Positions 44,427 through 56,000 of a stretch of DNA of 64,000 nt are shown here, in pieces. Every line of letters starts with the position of its first letter. Position 1 is the first letter of the stretch. The notes beneath the pieces are model-generated. The model was given only the letters and a program-made list of their open reading frames with translations, did not search any database and had not been told where the DNA came from. The stretch lies in NCBI GenBank assembly GCA_001775055.1, contig MFBU01000022.1, forward strand, positions 3,278-67,277, given 5' to 3'. The position numbers and the translations under genes were made by a program. Source of the stretch: Candidatus Curtissbacteria bacterium RIFCSPLOWO2_02_41_11. Its GTDB lineage: Bacteria > Patescibacteriota > Microgenomatia > Curtissbacterales > GWA2-41-24.

Positions 44427-45647
44427 ATGACAAAGATCAACTTTTCTTATCTTGCTCCCCTTACTGTTTTAATTTTTGCGGTCTTTTTGGGTTTTATCAT
44501 TTACAGAACAGCTTGGTTTGGCATTGATAAACATTTTTCACTGCTTGCCCAAAGTTTTCTTCATAATGATCTATATCTTAATCCCAATAATTTGCCTGAC
44601 GGTGATTATGCAGATTTTAACGGAAAACAATATTTATTTTTTGGACCTATGCCCTCAATTCTTTTAATGCCACTTGTTTTTATTTGGGGCAAAAATTTCC
44701 CGCAAATGACTTTATCGATTACTTCTCTGGTCGTAATTTATCTTACAATCTTTATCTTGTGTAGAAAACTGAAATTCACAAAAATTGACGCTTTTTGGCT
44801 TGCCAATTTTTTTGTATTTGGTACAGTTTTATATTTTGTGGGACTCGTTAATATATCGGCTTACTTAGTCCAAACAGTTGGAACTGCATTTGTAGTTTTA
44901 TCTATTTTGGAATATTTTACTAAACGAAGATGGCTTCTAATCGGAATACTGATTGCTGCAGCCGGTGCAACCAGGATTTCATTATTTGGAATGACTGTCT
45001 TTTTTATACTCGAGTTAATCCGTTTGTATAAAAATCTAAATTTTACTCGCAGTCTCATCTTTCTACTTCTTCCAATAATTTTTTCTATAGGGATGTTGAG
45101 TCTATACAATTTCCGTCGATTTCATTCAGTTTTCGATTCAGGATATACCCACAACGTTTCAGTTTTAGATAAAGATTATTTAAATTACAAAGAGGGTTTT
45201 TTTAGTTTAAAGCATATACCTGCAAATTTATACCTGCTTCTATTTAAAGCCCCCGAACCTGTATTAAAAGAAAGAGTCCAATTTGTTCTAAGATTTCCTT
45301 ATCTTAAAGTCAACGACATTGGGATGGCTATTTGGTTTACTTCTCCTCTCTTTATATATTTACTTAAAGCAAGAAGGGCCTCTTATACAATTTCTGCAAC
45401 GATTGGAATTTTTACACTTATGATTCCTTCACTCGTCTATTTTGGCCTAGGAACAAGCCAGTTCGGATATAGATACAGCCTAGATTTTTTACCTTTATTG
45501 TTTCTGATATTACTCACGGGCTTCAGGGGTGAACTGCCCAGTTTGGCAAAAATCTTGATTACTTTCGGAATTGTCTTTGATATTTTTTATATGTCGAATA
45601 TCTGGGGTACATATCCTCTACTTTCGTTCTTTGATTATCTGAGGTAG
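44427..45647 (+). CDS. Polytopic membrane protein, putative GT-C-like glycosyltransferase or polymerase (unassigned family)
   Basis: There are about 11 TM helices. The first loop 'NPNNLPDGDYADFNGKQYLFFGPMPS' carries acidic residues. A 'RFPYLKVNDIGMAIWFTSP' loop follows. Confidence 0.3.
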   Translation: MTKINFSYLAPLTVLIFAVFLGFIIYRTAWFGIDKHFSLLAQSFLHNDLYLNPNNLPDGDYADFNGKQYLFFGPMPSILLMPLVFIWGKNFPQMTLSITSLVVIYLTIFILCRKLKFTKIDAFWLANFFVFGTVLYFVGLVNISAYLVQTVGTAFVVLSILEYFTKRRWLLIGILIAAAGATRISLFGMTVFFILELIRLYKNLNFTRSLIFLLLPIIFSIGMLSLYNFRRFHSVFDSGYTHNVSVLDKDYLNYKEGFFSLKHIPANLYLLLFKAPEPVLKERVQFVLRFPYLKVNDIGMAIWFTSPLFIYLLKARRASYTISATIGIFTLMIPSLVYFGLGTSQFGYRYSLDFLPLLFLILLTGFRGELPSLAKILITFGIVFDIFYMSNIWGTYPLLSFFDYLR

Positions 45648-45655
45648 TTTGACGA

Positions 45656-46432
45656 TTACCAATTTGATTTAAATAAACTGCTACGAATTATCCCTAATTC
45701 ATATAAGAGATAAATAAGCACAGTCCAAATCGTCATGACACCATATTTCAAGGATCTTTGCAAATTAATCGTTGATGCCTCTGGAAAATATTTGCAGGGA
45801 ACGGGAATTTCAGAAATATTAAATCCAAAAGAGAGCGCTGAAATTAAAATTTGCTGGTCGAAAATGAAATCATTGGAGAATTTTTGATAGGGAATTGTTC
45901 TTAAAACTTTGCTTGAGTAAGCTCGAAAACCGGTGTGATATTCGGAGAGATTTAGACCCATCGCCAGATTTTCCACCAGTGTCAGAAAACGATTAGCAAA
46001 GTATTTCCATAAGGGCATTCCTCCTGCCAAAACTTGACGGCGAGTTTGAATCCGTGAACCAAGCATCACATCTGCTCTACCATTGACAATGGACTCACAC
46101 AATACCCCAACAAGCTTGGCATCATATTGATAATCAGGATGAACCATTACTACTATATCTGGTTTTCTCTTCAGCGCCTGATCATAACAGGTTTTTTGGT
46201 TGGCACCATAACCTTTATTTTCTTTGTGAGTATAAACAGTGATTCCCATCTTTTTGGCTCTCTGGACAGTTTTGTCACGCGAAGCATCATCAACAAGAAT
46301 TACTTCGGAAATTAAATCTTTGGGCAAATCGTCAACAGTTTTTTTAACAGTCTTTTCGGCATTATATGCCGGCATAATGACTACTATTCTGGGTTTTAGT
46401 TTTGGATTCCAAAGGATATTATGATTTTGCAA
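45656..46432 (-). CDS. Polyprenyl-phosphate sugar synthase-like GT2 (DPM1-like, soluble)
   Basis: The motif 'IVVIMPAYNAEKTVKKTVDDLPKDLISEVILVDDASRDKT...HPDYQY' is present. Confidence 0.7.
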   Translation of the reverse strand: MQNHNILWNPKLKPRIVVIMPAYNAEKTVKKTVDDLPKDLISEVILVDDASRDKTVQRAKKMGITVYTHKENKGYGANQKTCYDQALKRKPDIVVMVHPDYQYDAKLVGVLCESIVNGRADVMLGSRIQTRRQVLAGGMPLWKYFANRFLTLVENLAMGLNLSEYHTGFRAYSSKVLRTIPYQKFSNDFIFDQQILISALSFGFNISEIPVPCKYFPEASTINLQRSLKYGVMTIWTVLIYLLYELGIIRSSLFKSNW

Positions 46433-47387
46433 ATTTATTTAAGACCTCCCTGTCAGATAGTGAATAAGCAGAGCTTGCGGTCCTCGTCTGCGCCTGCGGG
46501 TCTAAGTGCATAGTGAATAGTGAATAGTCAAAAATCAATTTTGGGAGCTGAATAATTGCCCAGAAAAAGCCAGCAAAGAAGGCAAGATCGAAAGTTGCCA
46601 TTGATTTGGCAAGATGATACGGTAACCAAAAAAGATGTTGGAGAAGCCAAAATGGGTCAGTAATGTTTTTCCAAACAAAAAGAAATTGGTTTTTATAAGA
46701 AATGGTCTTAATAAAAAACTCGGATCTGGATTTTTGAATTACCCCCTCTTGGTGGAAATGATTTACCTTTGACATTGGCTCAAACAAGCATCTATAACCC
46801 ATCCGCCATGCCCTAAATGAGAGGTCTATATCTTCCCAGTAAAAAGGGGCAAAGTTGGTGTCAAAACCGCCAAGTTCTAAAAATTTTCTTTTATCGAAAA
46901 GGCCTGATCCGCCAGAAACCCAAAGGGTTTCAGCTGATCTTGATGGTAAAGCAAAATGATTAACAAAACCCTTTTTAAAAATAGCTCCTCCTCTACCCCT
47001 TATCACAATCTTGCCATTTTCGTGGCTATGATCGGCAAGGCCAACTGCGAAAATCCGCTGGCTGGCTGATTCATTTTTGAAATGAGAAAGAGCAGGTGGC
47101 AAGAAATTTGCTTGCGGCGAAACATCGGAATTCAAAAGCAGCACCAGATCGCCATTAGCTTTTCTTACTCCCTCATTAACCGCGTGGGCAAACCCCTTAT
47201 TTTTTGCAAGTTGAATTACTTTTATCTGCCTAAAATTCTTTTGGAGAAAATCAACCGAATCGTCGCCTGATGCATCATCAACAATAATTATTTCACAATC
47301 AGCGCAATTTTTAATTACGTTGGGTAGATTCTTGAATAATAGTTGCCTACCGTTATAATTTGGGATTATTACTGATATTTTCGCCAT
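46419..47387 (-). CDS. GT2-family glycosyltransferase with a GC-rich C-terminal tail
   Basis: The motif 'ISVIIPNYNGRQLLFKNLPNVIKNCADCEIIIVDDASGDDS' is present. The last ~25 codons are encoded by the GC-rich region 46440-46530. Confidence 0.7.
   Translation of the reverse strand: MAKISVIIPNYNGRQLLFKNLPNVIKNCADCEIIIVDDASGDDSVDFLQKNFRQIKVIQLAKNKGFAHAVNEGVRKANGDLVLLLNSDVSPQANFLPPALSHFKNESASQRIFAVGLADHSHENGKIVIRGRGGAIFKKGFVNHFALPSRSAETLWVSGGSGLFDKRKFLELGGFDTNFAPFYWEDIDLSFRAWRMGYRCLFEPMSKVNHFHQEGVIQKSRSEFFIKTISYKNQFLFVWKNITDPFWLLQHLFWLPYHLAKSMATFDLAFFAGFFWAIIQLPKLIFDYSLFTMHLDPQAQTRTASSAYSLSDREVLNKFAKS
46451..46529. repeat. GC-rich segment plus ATAGTGAAT heptamer-type tandem (x3) at the 3' end of a GT2 gene, overlapping the start of the next gene
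   Basis: 'tgtcagatagtgaataagcagagcttgcggtcctcgtctgcgcctgcgggtctaagtgcatagtgaatagtgaatagtc' is seen directly. Confidence 0.4.
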
Positions 47388-49693
47388 AAATATAGTGCAG
47401 AAAGTGCTGTTAGAACAACGCCTACTGTTGAAAGATAAAGACCATTATAAAATGTTTGAGATCTAAATTTAAATTCAACTTCATGTTGACCTTCGGGAAC
47501 AATTACAGACTGAAACATAAAGTTCACCTTTTTAATCTCTGTTTTATTCCCATCAACATAAGCCTGCCAGCCAGGATAATAGACATTTGAAAGAATTAGT
47601 GGTGCTTGTTTATCAACATTAACTAAAAGTTTAAACGACTGATCAAAGTATTCGGTAAAACTTAAAGAGCTCTTAATATCTTGTTTTGGAAACTCAAATG
47701 AGCTCGAAACGGCACTGGTTTTAATATCAAAGTTTTTATCCAGCAATTTTGCCAGTTCTTGTTCTTTCCTTGTAACTTTGACGACTTGATTTACGAAAAA
47801 TGCTCGGGGCAGTACATTTTTATTTAGATAAACTTTTGTATCGCCCTCCTGTATTATTTTTTCGAAATCACTACTTGATAATTCATCAAAAGTTAGAACA
47901 TACTTAACATTAAGAAAATTAGCGATTTGTGAGTCATATTTTTGGGGTGTAACTATTCTATTAAAAGATCCAGCAGGAGCTGGTTTACCCGATTGCCAGC
48001 TTGAGACTAACTGAGCATAGTCTTTTAAGAAAAGCGGATCATAACCATCGACAGATTCTATTTTAAAAACACTTGAGGTATTAGGGTGAAGAATCCTTCT
48101 ATCAGTTGACATTATCCTAAACGGTTTCTCTTGAGAAGTTAGATATTGTATTGATTTGGTCTCGGGAAAAATCCAAGATAGCTTTGAAAATGAAGTGAAT
48201 TTATAACCAAACCGGAAAAGTTCTCCAAGTGTAACAGCAAATAAAACAAGAATGATTAATTTCTTTGAAAGGTTGAAATACCAAAAAATACTAGTTATGA
48301 AAAGAATAAATACAGTAACTATTGGCAAGGCCAGATTTCTTAAGGCTATGCTGCTTGCCGAAATGTTGGAAACTGTTGGAAAAGAATTTTTATTAAGCAC
48401 CGTATAGATAACTAACAATAATAAGACAAAAAAGATTAAAATTTGAGGAACAAAAATTTTTTTATCCTTTTTGTTTTTTAAAAAATAGTCGAGCCCGTAA
48501 GCAGATAAAACGCTCATTGCAAAAACAAATAAAAATAAAATTCTTGATGGCTGCAGTGATGATAAAAAAGGTGTTTTTAAAAGGTAAGGAATTTTCGAGA
48601 TAGGATTAGCCAGCGCTAAAATTATTGATATAACCGCAAGAAAGATAAAGAAAATTGCATGAGGTTTTTTTTTAAGAATAGTCAGTAAAGCAAGTGCAAG
48701 AGGAATTATTCCAATGAAACTGACAAATTCTGCCCAGTTCCAGACTCCCCAATAATTGTATGTAGTTGGACTACCAAAAAAATCGGGAGCAATAAGCTGG
48801 ATAAAATGTTGTATTGGCAGAAACCAATCAGGTCTTTGGGGATAATAACTTTGATCTACCTCTCTTGCTGATAATTTGATAAATTCCAATGCCGGCAAAA
48901 GTTGTACTGAGGAGACTAAAATTCCCAAAATAAGAGCAACTATGGTAAGAACTGTTGGCGTAAGTTTTCTAAACTTATAAATTAAAAAGGCAAAATACAT
49001 TAATGTAGCTAGAAATACATACAAAGCAGTTTGAGCATGACCAGCGAAGATTGTTTGAGAAGCTGAAAAAACTATAATAAAAAACCATAGAACTGATTGT
49101 TTGTTAAATAATTTATTCAATGACAAAAGTATTAATGGCAACCACACAGCCGTTGTCACAATAGTCCCCCAGGTCAACCAAGCAATAAAAAAACCTGAAA
49201 AAGGTAAAACAAAACCTCCAAAGACCGATGCTACTGGGGAAATTTTTAAGTTTCTCAAGAAGAAAAACATAAGAAGACTTGTTAAGATCGGCGGCAGGAT
49301 TATCTGAATTGACCAAGCTATTTTAAATGGAAAAATGAAAAAGAAAATATTAAATACCTGAAATGTTGAAGATTGAATATTTGCCAAAAGCGGTTGACCT
49401 GAAAAGCTATAAGGATTCCATAGAGGTAGATTTCCTTCCTTTATATTAAATACTGCCAAATTGCGCCATGGATATGTCTGCAAGACCGGATCTGTTATCA
49501 GAGGATTTTTAACGGGAAATTTCCCTACATTGTAACCATCATACGTTTGATCTCTCCAAGGGTGGTAAAGTCCTAAAAGATCATCGGCAGGGATAGGCAC
49601 TTTACCAATTAGCAAATTTGGCAAGAAAAAAAGAAATGTTAAGATGCAAACGATTACTGCCCCAAAAAAAGTCTTAGAAGATAATTTTTTCAT
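47369..49693 (-). CDS. Large polytopic membrane protein, YfhO-like GT-C glycosyltransferase candidate
   Basis: The protein is 774 aa. The 'PIPADDLLGLYHPWR' DD motif follows TM1. About 14 TM helices are followed by a ~230-aa C-terminal extracytoplasmic domain and a final TM helix. Confidence 0.4.
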   Translation of the reverse strand: MKKLSSKTFFGAVIVCILTFLFFLPNLLIGKVPIPADDLLGLYHPWRDQTYDGYNVGKFPVKNPLITDPVLQTYPWRNLAVFNIKEGNLPLWNPYSFSGQPLLANIQSSTFQVFNIFFFIFPFKIAWSIQIILPPILTSLLMFFFLRNLKISPVASVFGGFVLPFSGFFIAWLTWGTIVTTAVWLPLILLSLNKLFNKQSVLWFFIIVFSASQTIFAGHAQTALYVFLATLMYFAFLIYKFRKLTPTVLTIVALILGILVSSVQLLPALEFIKLSAREVDQSYYPQRPDWFLPIQHFIQLIAPDFFGSPTTYNYWGVWNWAEFVSFIGIIPLALALLTILKKKPHAIFFIFLAVISIILALANPISKIPYLLKTPFLSSLQPSRILFLFVFAMSVLSAYGLDYFLKNKKDKKIFVPQILIFFVLLLLVIYTVLNKNSFPTVSNISASSIALRNLALPIVTVFILFITSIFWYFNLSKKLIILVLFAVTLGELFRFGYKFTSFSKLSWIFPETKSIQYLTSQEKPFRIMSTDRRILHPNTSSVFKIESVDGYDPLFLKDYAQLVSSWQSGKPAPAGSFNRIVTPQKYDSQIANFLNVKYVLTFDELSSSDFEKIIQEGDTKVYLNKNVLPRAFFVNQVVKVTRKEQELAKLLDKNFDIKTSAVSSSFEFPKQDIKSSLSFTEYFDQSFKLLVNVDKQAPLILSNVYYPGWQAYVDGNKTEIKKVNFMFQSVIVPEGQHEVEFKFRSQTFYNGLYLSTVGVVLTALSALYLWRKYQ

Positions 49694-50723
49694 ATTCCCT
49701 AAAGAAAACCTCCTGGCTAAATCTTCGACTATTTTTAATGGCGGCTGCCGAAAGTTTTAAAAACTGATCTTTATTGTTAATAACACTTAACGTTGCCTCA
49801 TAAAGCTGGGCTTTAGTTGACCATAACCTGCCATTTTTACCATCTTCTACGATTTCTTTTTGCCCACCTTTTTCAATTACTATTGGAACAGCACCGGCAG
49901 CAGACCCCTCAACTGTTGCTATCCCAAAGTGTTCCATTTTCTGGGGAAATTTTATTTCATCTTCTCCAAAGCCAGTAGCATGCCAATAGATGGAAGTCTG
50001 GGAATAGAGATTTCTCAATTTATCAACCGGTAAATTCTCAAAAATTCTAATGCCATAACCTCTGGCCGCCTTTTTCAAACTGTGTACGTACTTATAATCC
50101 TCTTTTTTAGACTGACCGACTAAAACTAATCTCCAAGAGGGTACTTTCTTGTAAATCTCTTTGAAGACCTCGATCAAAACTTCCTGTTTTTTAGGATGAA
50201 GTTGTCCTTTGCTGAATCTACCAACTGAGAGTATTATTTTTTCTTTTTTCCCAAGCTTAATTCGGTTAACATCAACAGGCGGATAAATTACTTTAGAATC
50301 AACTCCGAAGCTCTTGTCGATATAACTCTTGGTAAAATTTGAGTTGGCCACAATCCAGCCATATCTTGTAAGTTTAACTTTTGTCCGCAGTGATACCGGA
50401 GGGAAATTAAACGGAACTTGAAAATGAAGAACATTCCGAGATGCTAAAGTTAAAGGTACGCTGCCATCCGACAAGATAAAAATAAAATTATATCCAAAAG
50501 TTGAATAGGTTTTTTTAAAAAAACTTGCCTTAAAAATATTCTTAACAAATCTGGTATTTGCTAGATCGATTTTTAAAAAACGAGCCAAAGGGGCTTTAAT
50601 CGCGGGATCATCCCAGAAAATATCAACTATATGGCCCTTCGAAAGATGTGAAGCTAGAGTTAGCATATATCTTTCCCCTCCACCAAAAGTATCAAGATAT
50701 GGACTATAAAAACCAAATTTCAT
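49674..50723 (-). CDS. GT4-family glycosyltransferase
   Basis: The C-terminal motif 'EHFGIATVEGSAAGAVPIVIEKGGQKEIVEDGKNGRL' is present. Confidence 0.6.
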   Translation of the reverse strand: MKFGFYSPYLDTFGGGERYMLTLASHLSKGHIVDIFWDDPAIKAPLARFLKIDLANTRFVKNIFKASFFKKTYSTFGYNFIFILSDGSVPLTLASRNVLHFQVPFNFPPVSLRTKVKLTRYGWIVANSNFTKSYIDKSFGVDSKVIYPPVDVNRIKLGKKEKIILSVGRFSKGQLHPKKQEVLIEVFKEIYKKVPSWRLVLVGQSKKEDYKYVHSLKKAARGYGIRIFENLPVDKLRNLYSQTSIYWHATGFGEDEIKFPQKMEHFGIATVEGSAAGAVPIVIEKGGQKEIVEDGKNGRLWSTKAQLYEATLSVINNKDQFLKLSAAAIKNSRRFSQEVFFREYEKIIF

Positions 50724-51433
50724 ATTTTCTTTTTAAGAATTAAGTATGCCCGATTGACCGACTCGGAAAATGGTCTTTGTGATAGAAAAAAGTAAAGAAT
50801 AGGGTTTGTTAAAAAATTAAAAATCAATTTAGTAAAAAATACAACTCTTCGCACTAATCTAATTTTTAAATCAAATATAAAAAGCATAAATAAATATTTG
50901 TTAACGGTAATATTTCCAGAATAGAAAACCTGGCAGTTTTGATCTTTTGTAAACATAGTTATATCAGGCACTGAAGGAAGCCCAAATTTTATGTGCTCTT
51001 TAAGATAAGTCACTTCTTGACCTGTTTTAGAGAACCAATTTTGAATCTCTTTCTCATACTGAATGTGTTTTTTTGTCCCAATTGGAAAAGATAAAATTGT
51101 TCTTTTTGAACAGACATTAACTAGTCTTTCGATAAAATTTTTTCTTCGCGTCTTTGGAATATGTTCGAGAACATCTATGGCACAAACAACATCAAAAGAG
51201 TTTTTCCTAAAAGGCAGACTGTCTTTTTTGATGATTACATCACCGCTTGTTAAATTGGCAACTACTATCTTGGAGGCACTACAGAATTGTGACAAATGAT
51301 TGAGTTCACCACCCACATCGACAACTGATTCATTTTTCTTTATAAAACTGCCAGCTTTTCGGTGCCTTTCATAAACGTCATACGGTAGAAACAATTTAAA
51401 TGATAACAACCTACTTAATTTTTTTCTGAGCAT
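50720..51433 (-). CDS. SAM-dependent methyltransferase (class I, divergent)
   Basis: Motif I is 'VVDVGGELNHLSQF', and the post-II segment is 'VVCAIDVLEHIP'. Confidence 0.5.
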   Translation of the reverse strand: MLRKKLSRLLSFKLFLPYDVYERHRKAGSFIKKNESVVDVGGELNHLSQFCSASKIVVANLTSGDVIIKKDSLPFRKNSFDVVCAIDVLEHIPKTRRKNFIERLVNVCSKRTILSFPIGTKKHIQYEKEIQNWFSKTGQEVTYLKEHIKFGLPSVPDITMFTKDQNCQVFYSGNITVNKYLFMLFIFDLKIRLVRRVVFFTKLIFNFLTNPILYFFLSQRPFSESVNRAYLILKKKI

Positions 51434-52172
51434 TGTTTTGTAACTCCCAAAGATAGACTAAAACAATCGCTTGATGAAATGTTTGGTAAATGGACTCGAG
51501 TAATCCAGCCTGACCATCTAGAAATCCCATTTTTATAAAATATCGCTTAAAAAATTCAAAAAATAATGCTTTGGAGACTTTTAAGGCAGAAACTTTTGTG
51601 CAGTAAGTTTTGTAATAAAGCTCTGCCTCGATTTTGGCCCACTTTATGGATTTTTTAAGCATTTGACTTAGATTCCTGCCTGTGAGATGAATTAAGGGTG
51701 ATTTAAAATGACCAAACTGGCCTTGAATCTTAGGAGTCTCATGGACTTTACCTTCCCAATTGATCAACTGACTGCGCCTGATGAGTCTTGGGACATAATC
51801 CGGCCACCACCCGCCATGTTTTAACCATTTCCCAAAGATTATATTTTTTCTGGGGAAATAGTAAGCCATATAATGATTTTTGTTCGTCGCTTCCCTGATT
51901 TCTTTGATAAGACTTTGATCTATACGTTCATCGGCATCTATGTAAAATAACCAGTCTCCTTTTGCTAGACTTGCCAAGATGTTTCGATTCTTATCAAAAG
52001 CTTCAGATTTTGTGGTGTAAATACGTTTGGTATAACGTTTTGCAATCTCTTGTGTTTTATCTGCCGAATTTTGATCTAAAAGGATAATTTCATCTACAAA
52101 ATCCAGTTGCTTTAGACAATCACTAATCATTATCTCTTCATTATTAGTAAGGATAAGGGCTGAAATTTTCAT
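51411..52172 (-). CDS. GT2-family glycosyltransferase (WaaE/KdtX-like), paralog
   Basis: The motifs 'ISALILTNNEEIMISDCLKQLDFVDEIILLDQNSADKT' and 'GGWWPDYVPRLIRR' are present. Confidence 0.65.
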   Translation of the reverse strand: MKISALILTNNEEIMISDCLKQLDFVDEIILLDQNSADKTQEIAKRYTKRIYTTKSEAFDKNRNILASLAKGDWLFYIDADERIDQSLIKEIREATNKNHYMAYYFPRKNIIFGKWLKHGGWWPDYVPRLIRRSQLINWEGKVHETPKIQGQFGHFKSPLIHLTGRNLSQMLKKSIKWAKIEAELYYKTYCTKVSALKVSKALFFEFFKRYFIKMGFLDGQAGLLESIYQTFHQAIVLVYLWELQNNAQKKIK

Positions 52173-53077
52173 AGAAAACTGCCTTTGCCAAAATTAAAAG
52201 TCACAAAATCAATCAGTGCTTTTCTTTTGACAGGTATATTTATTTGACTTAAGTTTTGTCTGAATACTGCAAGTTTTGTTCTTAACTTGGCGTATTTAAA
52301 AGCAAAAAGTAAGCGGTTTCGAGTTATAAAATAATCTTGAGTGACTGAACCTGAACCACCAGCAGAACTTGCATTCTTGTGCCATAAAAATGCTTTGGGT
52401 TCAAAAATTATTTTAAAACCGGCTCTTTTTGCTCTAACACAAAAATCCATGTCTTCAAGATATAAAAAATATTTTTTATCAAAAAAACCGATTTTTTCAA
52501 AGACCTGTCGCTTGATTAACATACAAGCACCAGTTGCCAGATCAATTTCCAGTCTTTTTGAAAATTGGCCGTGATCGACATCATCAACACCTATATGTTT
52601 ACCGATTATATTTTGCCAATCTATCCTGCCCCCTGCATACCAAATAACTTTTCCGCTTTCACTTTTAGTGTATCTTAATTTGTGAAATTCAAAACCGGGA
52701 GCAAAGTAAATTTTTGGTGAGATAATCCCGCCATATTGGGAAGAGTTTAGTAAATTTTTAATCAAGAACCTATCTACAATCGTGTCATTATTTAAAATTA
52801 GAATAAAATCGGTTTCTTTTTTTAAAGCTGCCTCAATGCCGACATTAATTCCCCCAGCAAATCCCAGATTTTTTTGATTTTCAATCAGATTAACATCTTC
52901 TAATTTTAATAAGGCTTCAACTGATCCATCATCTGAATTATTATCAACAACGATAAACTCCGTTTTGAGATTATCTTGACTACATCTTCGCAGAGAATCA
53001 AGACACTCAAGCGTGTCTTCGAGGCCTTTATAATTTAAAATAACAGCTATTATTTTTAATTTATCCATGGTTGCCAA
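52169..53077 (-). CDS. GT2-family glycosyltransferase (rhamnosyl/galactofuranosyl-transferase-like)
   Basis: The motif 'IIAVILNYKGLEDTLECLDSLRRCSQDNLKTEFIVVDNNSDDGS...LEDMDF' is present. Confidence 0.7.
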   Translation of the reverse strand: MATMDKLKIIAVILNYKGLEDTLECLDSLRRCSQDNLKTEFIVVDNNSDDGSVEALLKLEDVNLIENQKNLGFAGGINVGIEAALKKETDFILILNNDTIVDRFLIKNLLNSSQYGGIISPKIYFAPGFEFHKLRYTKSESGKVIWYAGGRIDWQNIIGKHIGVDDVDHGQFSKRLEIDLATGACMLIKRQVFEKIGFFDKKYFLYLEDMDFCVRAKRAGFKIIFEPKAFLWHKNASSAGGSGSVTQDYFITRNRLLFAFKYAKLRTKLAVFRQNLSQINIPVKRKALIDFVTFNFGKGSFL

Positions 53078-56000
53078 CCTTCGAACAGGTCGAAAGGAGA
53101 TAAGAACTTTGAAAATGATTGAAATTCAAAGCTAAATATACCTGGTGTATAACTTTTGAAGCCAAGTAATTTTGAGCCGGGGATTGATAGGCCAAAAACC
53201 GGCATAGAATCTATTCTAGAATATTTAATAATTTTAAGTACAGATTTGACGGGAGACACCGCCTTATTATAAAAAGTTAACAAGGTTAATTTTTTCTTGT
53301 TTAAATTGTTCTCTTGCGCTGACGGTTTGACAATGTCTTGACCGTTAGTTGTTATGCTACTTGTACTGATCTGTACTTCCCTATTATCAAGTATTAAAAT
53401 TAAACGATCAAATTTTTCCAGAATTTCCAACTTTTTTACAGACCCTAAATTAATTTGATTAGCAAGCATTAAATTATCAATAATTGCTGGAACTTTTCTA
53501 TTAAGATATTGATTTTCATCCGCATAAAAGAAGTCTTTAAATGGCATTTGTGAGTAGTAACGCAGATCTTTCAAGAAATAACTGCTGTCTTCTTTAAAAA
53601 CTGCGACTCTAAATTTGGGTGACATATACCAGAAGTTCTCGCTTTTTTTAAGTAAATGGGCGGGAGAGATACCAGGATACTTCTCTCGGTACCAATTGGC
53701 AAAATTAGACATCGTTACAATTGCCAAACCTTCGGATTTTTGCATAGCTTCAAGAATATCTAGCTGTTTGGCAAATTCTTCGGAAAATCTCTGAGCTTCC
53801 TGACCTGCCTCAAGTCCAATGGTTATCTGAATGAAATCGTTGTTTTTGGAATTTGCTAGATAATCATCTAGAAGAGTAACAAAGTAATTTGTGTTATAGC
53901 CATTACTGATGTAATCGTTTGCCTGAAAACTTTGCCGTGAGTCTTTAATTTCTTTCCCGTAGCCTAAAACTGGATCTCTTTGCGCCCATTGAATATTTAC
54001 AATTGGAATTTTATTTGACTGATTTATAGCCGGTTCAAGAGTATTTAATTTTGAAGGATAAAAAGGCATTCCCCAATATTTTCCCCAGACAGAGGCTGCA
54101 TCAGTATCATATTGATCGGCAACTGTTAATGCAGATTTAACACCTAATTTAGAAAGATAAACTTGCGAGTTGGCATCAATGTACCAGCCTCCTACTGATT
54201 GAGGATCTTTGCCGAAAATTGTATGGAATTTATCAAAATACGTTTTTATTAATTTTTGACGATCTTGTGGTGTATATCCGGATAAAAATAGCTTGTCTGG
54301 TCGGTAATAATCTCCGATGGCAACTTTGTAGAGAACTCTGGCATCAGTTGCCCATTTTTCGCTCACCTCCAGAAAAGCTCCAATTTCTTGATCTTTTTGA
54401 CCGTTAAGAAGACCAAGTAGCTCTTGGTCAAATAAACTTTCATAGCTAAGAAGCCATGTTGCATTTAAATTTCTATCTGTTATCTGTTTCAGTTGAGAAC
54501 TAATAACCTTCGCTGACTGATTATTCCAAAGATATCTTGGCCTTACAGGGTTAACGATGGTTATGAATTTAGGTAGTCTTGGTTCCTCTGGCTTTTGTTT
54601 TGAAAGTCTAATAAGTTTTATGTCGCCATTCATGTTCCAAATACCCTTAACGAATGACGGTTGAAAGCTGGCGATTTCAAATAGAGAGTTTTGTCTAACG
54701 ACTCTGGCTGGATCGCGAGTTATTACATAGAGGTTTTGAGGATAGTCGTAATGCTCTATACCCTCGGGTTTCTTGCCATAAATAGACGTCAAATAGCGAT
54801 AAGTCATAGCGCGAGAATCACCATCAAGCGTAGACGTAATATTAAATGATTCATTTTGGATATCGCTCGCAATAATTTGTGAAATATTTCTGATTTCTTT
54901 TAAAGTTAAATCCTCTGGCATAGTGTAACCCGACGATGAAAAGAAATCATTTTTTTGGAATAAAAAAATGGATATTATAATCAAGATTAATAAAGGGAAG
55001 GCCTTATTAATTTTTTTTGTAAAATATATGACAACACCAGCAAGAATAAAGATGGAAGGATAACTTACCGCTAAATAATGAGGCATTAATTGGCCAGAGT
55101 ATAAACTGGCAAAAACGACATTAATCACCAGAATACTTACCAAAAAATTAATAATAATTTTTTGTTCTGCCGATGCCTGTTTCATAATTTTGAAAATTAT
55201 CAATATAAACATAACTGAAAAGATCAAAATGAGAGAACTAAAGCCAATAGTATCAATGCTCATAAATCGTACTGATAAGATTAATTTCTCAATGAAATTG
55301 ACAATGGTCAAATTAAAAGGAGTTGTATTTAACTGTTTCAAAAATTGACTTGTTAGGAAAAAATCATTTCTAGACTCAAATAGAATTATGGGGGAGATTG
55401 CAAAAGCTATTCCTAGTAACAAACTGAGTATGTACCTCATTTTTAATAATTCTCGATTGTTCAACAAATAAATTAAGAAAGCAGGAAGAATAATCAAGCC
55501 TAAATAATGAAGATGAAAGGCAAAACCAGTCAAAAGACCAAAAATTGCAAAAATAATCGGTGAATTTTTTTTCTTTACAGTTAGAAGAAAAATTATTAGA
55601 GAGGTGATCGGTAATATGAAATAGGGATTCGACGGAAAGCCAAGATAGTTAACCCAGTAAGGAGAAAGCGTGGCAATAACTCCAGAAATGATTGCCGCAT
55701 TGACTGAGAATATTTTTTTAGTAACGAGATAGATCAAAAAAATTGTAACAAGTCTCGCCAAAACAGTAGCATAGGATGCTCCAATTGGATCTAATTTTGT
55801 CAGCCATATAAACGGGGCTAATAAATAGTAATAAAATGGCCCTAAGTAGAGTGTTGATAAACCATTATATGGACCAATTCTCGGACCAAGAAGAGTTAAG
55901 TTGCCTTTAAGAATTGGTCTAATATTCTCTAAATCATATCCCTGATCTCCTCCAAAAGTGGTTAATGCCTCAAGACGCCAGAAGCGAAGGATTGCTGCAA

